64,000 bases of DNA. Source: a virus (Duplodnaviria; Caudoviricetes). Below are positions 16,301 through 23,839 of this stretch, in pieces. The notes beneath the pieces were generated by a model, which saw only the letters and a list, made by a program, of their open reading frames with translations, had not been told where the DNA came from and made no database searches. The position numbers were made by a program, and so were the translations under genes. Position 1 is the first letter of the stretch; each line of letters opens with the position of its first letter. The stretch spans positions 32,001 through 96,000 of the IMG/VR virus record IMGVR_UViG_3300033463_000032, one strand, 5' to 3'.

Positions 16301-19062
16301 TACTGCTCCGAGCAATAATGCAGAAGTAGTTGTTAAGTATTGGTTCTTGAATGAAGATGTAAGATCTAATGGTTTTGGTGCATTTGGTGGTCCTAACAAT
16401 GGCAATCAGGCTATTGACGGAGCTAGAGGTGCTGCTGGATTTACAAATGTTCCGGAAATGGGCCTTAAGATGCAGACAGTACCTGTAGAGGCTAAGGCTA
16501 GAACACTTAGAGCATATTGGGCCTTTGATGCTCAGTATGAGCTTTCTAAGGAATATGGCCAGTCTATTGAGGATCTGTTAGCTACACAGGCTTCTGGTGA
16601 AATTGCCCATAGACGTTTTGTGGCATAATATATAAATAAGGTTAATAGTGTGATAGAATAAAAAAAAGAAACAAAACATTCAACATTTTAAATTTGATTG
16701 TTTTGTGGGACAGTAGGTTCGAAACTATTTCTACATTCCTTAACAATGTAGATTACCACAATTCAAATATAAAAATTAGTTAAGGTGATTTTTATGGCAA
16801 AGAAAAATTCTAAATGTTACACAGATGGAAAACAAAACATCTATATAAGTGAAGGGATGGAAATACCGGAAGGTTTTTATAAAGGCTTTGCTTATAAATC
16901 AGAAAGTACATTAAAGAATAGGGTTCAAAAAACTGCTAAGACAAAATTAGACCGTTATGGATCTGAAACTTATAATAATTCTGAAAAGAGTAAGCAAACG
17001 TGTTTAACCAGATATGGTACAGAAAATCCTTTAAAGTCTGAACAAATAAAAGATAAGATCAGACAAACAAACTTAGATAGATATGGTGTTGAAAATCCAT
17101 TTCAAAACAAAGAAGTTAAAACCAAAGTAAAGCAAACATTGTTAGAAAAGTATGGTGTTGAAAACATAGCACAAACAGAAAGTCACAAACAAAAGGTAAG
17201 TGATTTCTGGAAAAACATTTCTGAGGATCGTTTGGTTGAAATTTCTGATAAGAAAAGAAAAACTTGTTTAGAAAAATATGGTAAACAATCTGTAGGGCAA
17301 GTACCGGAGTTCCGGGAAAAGATAGAAAAGACTTGCATAGAAAGATATGGTGTACCGACATATTTAATGACAGAAGAAGTCAGATTAACAACATCTAATG
17401 ATTCTGGTCCTAATCAAGATTTTGAAAACAAACTTAAAGAAGTTGGTTTAGCTTTTAGCAGAGAATATCATATTGATAGAAAGAGTTATGATTTTCTTTG
17501 TAGTGATACATTAATAGAGATCAATCCATATGCAACACATAATTCAACATGGGGCATATTTGGTAGAGATCCTTTAGATAAGAGATATCATTACGAAAAA
17601 ACAAGACTTGCAAAAAGAAATGGATTTAGATGTATAAATATTTGGGACTGGGATGATAAAGATAAAGTATTATCTTTGATAACACCTAAATCAAAAATAT
17701 ATGCCAGAAAGTGTAAGATTTTAGAAATATCTTCTGAGGCCAGTAAAGATTATCTTAACACCTGGCATTTACAAGGTAATGTTAATTCTGATATTAGGGT
17801 TGCATTAATCTATGAAGATCAAATAGTATCATTAATGACATTTGGTAAGAGTAGATACAATAAAAAGTATCAATATGAATTGTTACGTTATTGTTCAAGT
17901 AAATGTGTAATTGGTGGATCAGAAAAACTTTTTAAGTATTTTTTGAAAACCTATAAGCCGGAAAGTATTATAAGTTATTGTGATCTTTCTAAGTTTACAG
18001 GAACTGTATATGGTAAGTTAGGATTTACTTACAAAACTTATACAATAGGTAAGCATTGGTATAATCCTAAAACACAAACACATATTACAGATAACTTATT
18101 AAGGCAAAGAGGTTTTGATCAACTGCTAGGAAAAACTTATGGATGTTTTGGAAAAGGAACAAGTAATGAACAGTTAATGCTACAACATGGTTTCGTTGAA
18201 ATTTATGATTGTGGTCAAGCTACATATACTTGGAGCATTAAATAACCTTATGAAATTATTATGAAAACCTCGTTAATTGCTGGAAACTCTTAAAGACTTA
18301 TCACCTTTAAGACAATCAGCAACTATATATCGATTATGATATGTAGCTCAGAGACTATCGAAAGCATAATGTAAGAGAAAGACTTACATGAAGAAGCGAG
18401 TAGAGTAAGGTTCAAGTGAACTTGAAATGCGAGGGTTCTTATTAATGGTAACAGTTAATGAGAACGTGATATAGTCCGATCTTTATGGTGACATAAAGAA
18501 TTATGATGGAAACGATCATAATGTAACATAAATGGAAATTGATAATGAGCTTACAATCGATCTTCTTACGACCGCTATTGGCAATACAAATCCTGAGCTT
18601 TATATGAGATCTTGGTCTAAGGTACAGCCTACGGGTGTATCTCTTGCAGATCACTATGATGGTTTCATTGAGAAGATCATTGATTGTTCTAATGCTATTA
18701 ACGCAGCAACAAGAAAAGTATCTGCAAACTTTATGGTATGTGGACTTGGAGTTGCTACTGTTGTTAAGGTAATGAGAACATTCCAGGCTTCTGGTAACAT
18801 TGCAAATGGTCCTTACTATCTTGGAACTCTTGGTGATATCAAGGTTTATGTAAACCCTGATTATCCGGCAGATTATTTTGTAATGGGTTATAAGGGTACT
18901 AACATGTTTGATGCTGGTGCTTTCTATCTCCCTTATATGCCTGTAACATCAACAGATACGATCATGACTGCTGATTTCCGTGGTGAGAAGGCTTGGGCAA
19001 CAATGTATGCTAAGAAGATTCTCAATAAGGATATGTATGTTGCTGGTCAGATTACTAAGTAA
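13389..19062 (+). CDS. major capsid protein (T4 gp23-like), spliced join(13389..13580,14790..14888,15978..16610,18535..19062), 483 aa
   Basis: Exons join in frame: ...NPGQIG|QYKRYALDLVTATLPNLIAFDLYAVQPMDNRIG|MINYLDYTY...ASGEIAH|EIDNELT...; PNLIAFD..VQPM, VEAKARTLRA, EIxxEI and GYKG...DAGAFYLPY are gp23 hallmarks. Confidence 0.92.
13690..13791 (+). ncRNA. three-way-junction / kissing-loop RNA element upstream of intron HEG, copy 1
   Basis: Invariant GGACAGTAGGTTCGAAACTATTTCT (13701-13725); loop CCCTTAA (13731-13737) complementary to RBS-hairpin loop TTAAGGG (13774-13780). Confidence 0.8.
13792..14595 (+). CDS. intron-encoded GIY-YIG homing endonuclease (NUMOD3)
   Basis: YGYIY...KKYIGQR, YLGSG, FYNL; NPFYGKKHSE. 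Confidence 0.9.
   Translation: MYGYIYLITNKVNGKKYIGQRTADFKTDSKYLGSGTLIKKAVAKYGTESFNKELLEECNSKEELDDKEKFWILKFNAIEDESFYNLANGANGSTKGSKRSEETKRKQSEKAKLRSIDEDTRKKISKTISSQCWVNDGHIETKATKETLDEYLNKGFVLGRLPFSEDTKHNMSVSFTRRTHTEETKQHISKITSGDHNPFYGKKHSEISKKKMSERAKGRKASTQTKQILSSQRLGRKWINNGKENKFVKPDDLEKYLLDGWLLGIYH
15019..15027 (+). promoter_or_regulatory. extended -10 promoter (TGaTATAAT) for the intron-2 HEG
   Basis: TGnTATAAT 7-8 nt upstream of the RNA element. Confidence 0.5.
15035..15138 (+). ncRNA. three-way-junction / kissing-loop RNA element, copy 2
   Basis: Invariant core 15044-15068; loop CCTCTTA (15074-15080) complementary to TAAGAGG (15121-15127). Confidence 0.8.
15139..15792 (+). CDS. intron-encoded GIY-YIG homing endonuclease
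   Basis: YGYIY...KKYIGKH, YVGSG, FYNI. Confidence 0.9.
   Translation: MYGYIYMTTDITNNKKYIGKHKASEFTTKYVGSGKCLLRAIKQHGKENFKVVMLEACNTLEELNEKEKFYIAKYDALNSKDFYNIHPGGDGGDIALYLSKSKLTHIRKEHSKYILDRLKTDEEFHSRFAGAKKGHKCYQGTKDKIGSAQKNYWSRTPYEIKHERLSRSATTRCTGRIWITNEVIDKFIKPEHLDEFLAVGFRIGRKFQKRNRPCKKR
16631..16659 (+). promoter_or_regulatory. internal promoter TATAAA-17-(TGa)TAGAAT for the intron-3 HEG
   Basis: Same hexamers and spacing as the minus-strand promoter at 58528-58583. Confidence 0.5.
16703..16793 (+). ncRNA. three-way-junction / kissing-loop RNA element, copy 3
   Basis: Invariant core 16708-16732; loop CCTTAAC (16738-16744) complementary to GTTAAGG (16779-16785). Confidence 0.8.
16794..18245 (+). 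CDS. intron-encoded Hef/Vsr-like (PD-(D/E)xK) endonuclease with N-terminal T-x-L-x-(R/K)YG repeats and a C-terminal GNAT-like domain
   Basis: Six TxLx(R/K)YG-type repeats; YDF...IEINP..H; IYARKC...HLQG...ELLRYC...SYCDL. Confidence 0.7.
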   Translation: MAKKNSKCYTDGKQNIYISEGMEIPEGFYKGFAYKSESTLKNRVQKTAKTKLDRYGSETYNNSEKSKQTCLTRYGTENPLKSEQIKDKIRQTNLDRYGVENPFQNKEVKTKVKQTLLEKYGVENIAQTESHKQKVSDFWKNISEDRLVEISDKKRKTCLEKYGKQSVGQVPEFREKIEKTCIERYGVPTYLMTEEVRLTTSNDSGPNQDFENKLKEVGLAFSREYHIDRKSYDFLCSDTLIEINPYATHNSTWGIFGRDPLDKRYHYEKTRLAKRNGFRCINIWDWDDKDKVLSLITPKSKIYARKCKILEISSEASKDYLNTWHLQGNVNSDIRVALIYEDQIVSLMTFGKSRYNKKYQYELLRYCSSKCVIGGSEKLFKYFLKTYKPESIISYCDLSKFTGTVYGKLGFTYKTYTIGKHWYNPKTQTHITDNLLRQRGFDQLLGKTYGCFGKGTSNEQLMLQHGFVEIYDCGQATYTWSIK

Positions 19063-19078
19063 TCTTAAGTAATATAAA

Positions 19079-19108
19079 CTCTAGGCTAGGATAAAACTTA
19101 GCCTAGAG
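19079..19108 (+). terminator. hairpin after the capsid gene
   Basis: CTCTAGGCTA / TAGCCTAGAG. Confidence 0.6.
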
Positions 19109-19144
19109 ATATTCTTATAATTTAAAGAAAGGAAAATAATACTT

Positions 19145-19348
19145 ATGGCATCTATTGATTATTCTAGTGTTGCTACAGCAACTATCGTAAATAATGGTAC
19201 TGCTGATATTACGGTTCAGCTCTACAGAGTAAATCTTTGGGCAACTGTTAAGGCCGGTGATACTCTTATTTTGAAGATTTCAGAAGCAGAAGAAGCTGTT
19301 TATTACGATTCACTTAATACTGAAACTCTTTCTGTTACTATTGCTTAA
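19145..19348 (+). CDS. small virion protein (possible capsid decoration)
   Basis: Directly after the capsid gene; paralog of the next gene. Confidence 0.65.
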   Translation: MASIDYSSVATATIVNNGTADITVQLYRVNLWATVKAGDTLILKISEAEEAVYYDSLNTETLSVTIA

Positions 19349-19366
19349 TAGAAAGGGGACCCAGAT

Positions 19367-19753
19367 ATGGCAGTAATAGACTATTCTAATGTTACAAAAG
19401 CAACTCTTACAAACATAAGTACGGCCAATGTAACGTTTCAGATGTATAGAGTAAATCTTTGGGAAACACTTATTCCCGGAGATTCTATAGTTCTTAACAT
19501 TGATACATCAGAGGAAGCAGTTTACTATGCTAGTCTTGGTGGTTATCCGTCATCTGTTACGGAAGATGTATATACACTTCTTACAGAAGAACCAGATGAC
19601 TGGTCAACCAACTATACAGACTATTATGTAAAATCCGGTGATGATTTTGTAGAGAATTCTGATTCCACTTGGGCAACTGATACTTTCTATGCAAAGTCAG
19701 AAGTAACCAAGTATGATAGCATTGGATCAGTACTTTCTGTAGAGATTGGTTAA
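19367..19753 (+). CDS. paralogous virion protein with an inserted EPDDW..Y..YY module
   Basis: IDYS.V..AT..N....YRVNLW...EEAVYY.SL shared with 19145-19348. Confidence 0.65.
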   Translation: MAVIDYSNVTKATLTNISTANVTFQMYRVNLWETLIPGDSIVLNIDTSEEAVYYASLGGYPSSVTEDVYTLLTEEPDDWSTNYTDYYVKSGDDFVENSDSTWATDTFYAKSEVTKYDSIGSVLSVEIG

Positions 19754-19759
19754 ACAAAT

Positions 19760-19912
19760 AATCATTTAGGTTTTTGGGGCATTTCCTAAATGATTGACTC
19801 CATAGATGGTGGTTCTGGGTAGGTAGGGTGTAGTCTCTCTTGATAAGAAAAAGTTACAACAACCTCCTGTATTTTTTAAAGTCCATTTGCATCCTACCTA
19901 CCTCACTATCTA
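19760..19912 (+). ncRNA. candidate structured RNA (two hairpins)
   Basis: AATCATTTAGG/CCTAAATGATT, then long stem 19803-19833 / 19887-19912. Confidence 0.45.
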
Positions 19913-19915
19913 AAA

Positions 19916-20006
19916 GCACTCTAAATTCAATTCTAAGACACATCATAGTTTATGTATGTGCTTATATTATTTTTATAATGAAACGCATTAGAAACGAAAC
20001 TGGTGT
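19916..20006. repeat. dispersed inverted-repeat element, copy C
   Basis: TTCTAAGAC (19931-19939), 45 bp, GCATTAGAAACGAAA (19985-19999). Confidence 0.6.
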
Positions 20007-20057
20007 GAAATAGACATATATTAGAGTAAATATTTAAGAAAGGAGTGATAAAAGAAA

Positions 20058-20303
20058 ATGTTTACTGATAAGTATGACTTTCGTAAGAAGAGATTAGTTG
20101 AAGTTCCTGTTGTTAAGGAAGAAAAGAAAGTTCTTAAGGAAGTCCCGGAAGTAAAAGAAGATCCTAAGAAGGAAGTTCTTGTAGAAAAGGTTGTAGAAAC
20201 AATAGAAGAACCTGTAGCAGAAACAGTAGTTGAAGAAGCTAAGGTAGAAGAAGTTGTAGAAACACCTAAGAAGAAAACTACAAAGAAAAAGAAAGTAGAG
20301 TAA
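20058..20303 (+). CDS. Lys/Glu/Val-rich small protein
   Basis: ORF, SD AAGGAG. Confidence 0.65.
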   Translation: MFTDKYDFRKKRLVEVPVVKEEKKVLKEVPEVKEDPKKEVLVEKVVETIEEPVAETVVEEAKVEEVVETPKKKTTKKKKVE

Positions 20304-20307
20304 TGAT

Positions 20308-21009
20308 ATGGCTAGAACCGGATTAAGAATGGAAGATTATGTATCTTATATTGAGATAAGTCTTGGAGCTCCGGTTGTATGGTTGGAAATACAAGACATG
20401 CTTCCTGGTATTGTTAATATGGCATTTCAGGAATTAAAAAGTTACATGGCTGACGTAGAAACAATGACGGTTCCATATCAAAATGTAATTGATCTGACAG
20501 GAAAGAAAGTAAGTCATATACACTATTTGATGAGAGCGCAGCAGAATATATCTGTAGCAGGTTTACAAGATATGATGTATATCTATACTTCAAGAAATAG
20601 ATCCAGTTTTCCGAATAACTCCTTTACTCTTGGTGATTATGCCAGAGGATTAATGGTTCAACAAAACAAACAAGCATTGTCAACGGATCTGGAATTCTAC
20701 TTTGATAAAAGAGAAGAAAAACTCTATGTTTATGCTCAACAAGTTTTACCTGCTTCTATTACGTTAGTGTATACACCTGATTATGAATCAGTAGAAGAAA
20801 TTATCGAACCATTCTGGCAGAACTTATTAAAGAGATTATCCCTTGCATTAACTAAAGAAACTTTAGGTAGAGTAAGAGGTAAGTATACTTTAAATTCTGC
20901 TACATATAACTTAGATGCAGATCAATTGCTAAGTGAGGCTCAAACAGAGCTGACAGAAATTAGAACTTATTTAAATAATAATAAGGACCTTCTGTTACCA
21001 CTTGATTAA
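20308..21009 (+). CDS. neck/head-completion protein (T4 gp13-like)
   Basis: LGAPVV.LE N-terminus and LGRVRGKY...LDADQLLSEAQTE C-terminus; synteny. Confidence 0.7.
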   Translation: MARTGLRMEDYVSYIEISLGAPVVWLEIQDMLPGIVNMAFQELKSYMADVETMTVPYQNVIDLTGKKVSHIHYLMRAQQNISVAGLQDMMYIYTSRNRSSFPNNSFTLGDYARGLMVQQNKQALSTDLEFYFDKREEKLYVYAQQVLPASITLVYTPDYESVEEIIEPFWQNLLKRLSLALTKETLGRVRGKYTLNSATYNLDADQLLSEAQTELTEIRTYLNNNKDLLLPLD

Positions 21010-21067
21010 TTAATAACATTGTCAATGATATTGAAATGTCAAAATAAAAAATATTATTAAAAGGAGA

Positions 21068-22450
21068 TTGCTAAAAATGGCAAGTATTTTTGAAAAGACA
21101 ATGAGAGCTTGTTTAGAGAGCAAGAAAACTGTAGCTCCTAAGACAGCAAACACAAACAAGAAACTTGTTGAGAAAAAGGTTGTTTCAAAGAAGATCAAGA
21201 CAGAATCAGAAGAAGATGATTTTGAAAAGTTTGATGATGTTCAAGATGATGAGACAATGGAATTTGCTGATGATATCGCAGTAGTAGTAGATCCTAATCT
21301 TGATGCTGATGAAATGACACCTGTTGCTAAGGGTTTCCAGGATATCATTGATGATACACCTGCAAATGAAATTCCTGAGACTGATGAATACATTGATCAA
21401 CAGATCTATGGTTGCCCTATTTGTGGCCAGACATTCTTTTCTGATAAGGAAATGGTTGATGGTGATACATGTCCGGTTTGTGGTGAAGAAGCAAATGGAT
21501 TTGTACTTGGTGGCATAGTTGTTGATGCTGATGAAGCTCAGGGTGAAGATACATCTGGTGAAGATAAAGATGACTTTGATTTTGATGGTGAGGAACTTGA
21601 TGATGTAGAAGTTGTTGGTGAGCCGGATGAAAAGGATTCAAAAGAAGATGATGAAGATCTTGATGAGTCCAAAAAGGCTACTAAGGTTCGTAGAGAAAGA
21701 AGAACCATTCGTAGACCTATTCGTAGAGAAGGTAGAATTGCAAGAAAGACAATGCCTAGAGTAAGAAAGGTTGCTGAATCAACTCTTAATCTTGATGAAA
21801 AGTCTTTCAATGTTTACCTTAATAGGTTCGTAAGAGAAAACTACAACAATGCTAGATCATTTAATGTAGTTAATGCTAGATTTCAACCTAAGACCAGAAT
21901 ACTTACACTTGAGGGTGTAATCACATTCAAGTCTGGTAAGAAGTCTAGAGCTAATCTTGTATGTAAGTACAATAGAGCTTCTAACATTATGATGGCTAAG
22001 GATAATGGTATTTTTAAGGTTGAATCCAAGAAAACACCGTTTATCTTTAATATCCGTACAGTAGGTAATGTCATTAAGTGTGAAGGTCTTAAGTATGACT
22101 TCAAGACTAGTGCTATTGTAGAAGGTAAGAAAACTCCTGTAAGAGTACATTCTGCTCCGCTTACTGAGGGTAGATCTGTAGTTCGTAGACCTACAACAAG
22201 AAGAACTGTTGAGGGAAGAAGAATTGCTCGTAGACCTGCCAGAAGAATGGAAGCAACAAGAAGAACTCTTGGTAGACCTGCAACTAAAATGTCTGCTGTA
22301 GAAGGTAGAAGAATTGCCAGGAAACCTTTAGCCAGAAGAACTGTAAGAACTGTAGAGGCAAAAAGGAGAGTAATTCGTAGACCGGCTACTCGTACAGTAG
22401 AGGCTAGAAGAAGTATTCGTAGACCTTCTGATCGTAGAAACATAAGATAA
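21068..22450 (+). CDS. putative head core protein: acidic region, double zinc knuckle, Arg-rich repeats
   Basis: CPICG...CPVCG; last 96 aa contain 32 Arg. Confidence 0.65.
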   Translation: MLKMASIFEKTMRACLESKKTVAPKTANTNKKLVEKKVVSKKIKTESEEDDFEKFDDVQDDETMEFADDIAVVVDPNLDADEMTPVAKGFQDIIDDTPANEIPETDEYIDQQIYGCPICGQTFFSDKEMVDGDTCPVCGEEANGFVLGGIVVDADEAQGEDTSGEDKDDFDFDGEELDDVEVVGEPDEKDSKEDDEDLDESKKATKVRRERRTIRRPIRREGRIARKTMPRVRKVAESTLNLDEKSFNVYLNRFVRENYNNARSFNVVNARFQPKTRILTLEGVITFKSGKKSRANLVCKYNRASNIMMAKDNGIFKVESKKTPFIFNIRTVGNVIKCEGLKYDFKTSAIVEGKKTPVRVHSAPLTEGRSVVRRPTTRRTVEGRRIARRPARRMEATRRTLGRPATKMSAVEGRRIARKPLARRTVRTVEAKRRVIRRPATRTVEARRSIRRPSDRRNIR

Positions 22451-22474
22451 TATAGAATGAAGGGGAGTGATTGT

Positions 22475-23224
22475 ATGATAACAACAAAAGAACACAATCA
22501 CTCTCTTCACTATATTTCAGAATTGAATCGAAGAGAGTTGGTTTTAAAAAGTCTTAATCAATCACCTGAAAGGGTTGCCAGAAGTCAAGAGTATCACATA
22601 ACAGGAAAGATGCAGATTAATGTGGATCAGTTTATATTTACTGATAGGATTACTGTAGAGATTCCGGTTAATCAATACACTTGTACTATTGAATTCAATA
22701 ATGTAATTGAAACGATAGCTCAAATGGCTGACAGACAACACAGAGGTAATGTTAATTTTGATACTGTAGAAGCAGCATTAAATAAATCATTAGATGATGA
22801 AAAAGACTTAAAAGTTAATTGCACATGTCCTGACTTCTATTATAGATTCTCTTATGTGGCTACTAAAAATGGCTATAAGAATGGTAAGAAACAAAGGAGA
22901 CCAGCACCTATAAGAAACCCTAAAGATAATAAGGGTTCATTCTGTAAGCATTTGTTAATGATCTTAAAGAATAAAAAGTGGGTAAGAAAACTGGCATCTG
23001 TAGTGAATTACCTGATTAAAGAATATTACTATGATATTCTTCAAATCTATGAATTAGATGCATCTAACTTTTACATTAATCGTAGTGGACAACACAATGA
23101 TCCGGTACATGGAACAAGACCACAACCAGGTAGAAGTAAACTTAACAAGAATAAATTTGTTAATAACAATGATGAAGAAAATGATATAGATAATGAAGAA
23201 GAATTAGAGTTGAGAATAGATTAA
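22475..23224 (+). CDS. SWIM zinc-finger protein
   Basis: CTCPDFYYRF...CKH motif; SD GGGGAG favours ATG 22475. Confidence 0.7.
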   Translation: MITTKEHNHSLHYISELNRRELVLKSLNQSPERVARSQEYHITGKMQINVDQFIFTDRITVEIPVNQYTCTIEFNNVIETIAQMADRQHRGNVNFDTVEAALNKSLDDEKDLKVNCTCPDFYYRFSYVATKNGYKNGKKQRRPAPIRNPKDNKGSFCKHLLMILKNKKWVRKLASVVNYLIKEYYYDILQIYELDASNFYINRSGQHNDPVHGTRPQPGRSKLNKNKFVNNNDEENDIDNEEELELRID

Positions 23225-23290
23225 AGAGTTTGGGTTTGATAGCAGAATAATAGCAGTATCTTGGAGTGAAGAAAGTGAGGTGATGGTTTG

Positions 23291-23839
23291 ATGGGATATT
23301 TAACTGAAAGAGACGTAACATTATATAGAAGTTGGTTCAAGGAAATGTCTCGTCTTTAGGTGCTTCGTGGAATACCTGTTCTTTATCAATATCCTATTGA
23401 ACTTGATCCAACCATTCATTCAGAAATGCTTACAGAATTATCTGAACCAATGGAAATGGATATTATCTTTGATAGTAATCCTAAGACTTCCACATTAAAG
23501 AAGTTACACTGGGTAAGTGAATTTCCGGATGATAAACCATATATTGCTATATTACCATTTGATGCACCTAATCTTTGTACTGAATGTGTACTGTCAATTA
23601 AACCAATTGATTCATTAAATAATCAGTACAGAAAGTTTAAGATAACATCAATAAATACTATTTTGGAATATCCTGATAGTTGGACCTGTGTTATAGCACC
23701 TATCTTTGAAACTTTGGATAATACACCTAAGAATGACTATTCTGATAGTAACTTCAATTACATAGATGAAAGTAAGACTACTAATCCAGATGAGTATTCT
23801 TACATTAATCCTAAAAAGAGTACAACCAATGGAAATTAA
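23291..23839 (+). CDS. putative head-closure/neck protein with an in-frame TAG at 23357-23359
   Basis: SD GAGGTG 8 nt before ATG 23291; MGYLTERD...EMSRL*VLRGIPVLYQYP is one frame; function from synteny only. Confidence 0.55.

Larger units (their letters stand above)
16611..18534 (+). mobile_element. group I intron 3 in the capsid gene, HEG in the P2 region
   Basis: P1 CCAT/GTGG; ORF lies 5' of P AATTGCTGGAAA and Q AATCAGCAA; P7 GACTA/TAGTC; terminal G 18534. Confidence 0.9.

Noticed and set aside
21883-22497. 204 aa minus-strand ORF and the other short ORFs antisense to or out of frame within longer genes
   Set aside because: Shadow frames of well-supported genes; low-complexity, with no SD or motifs
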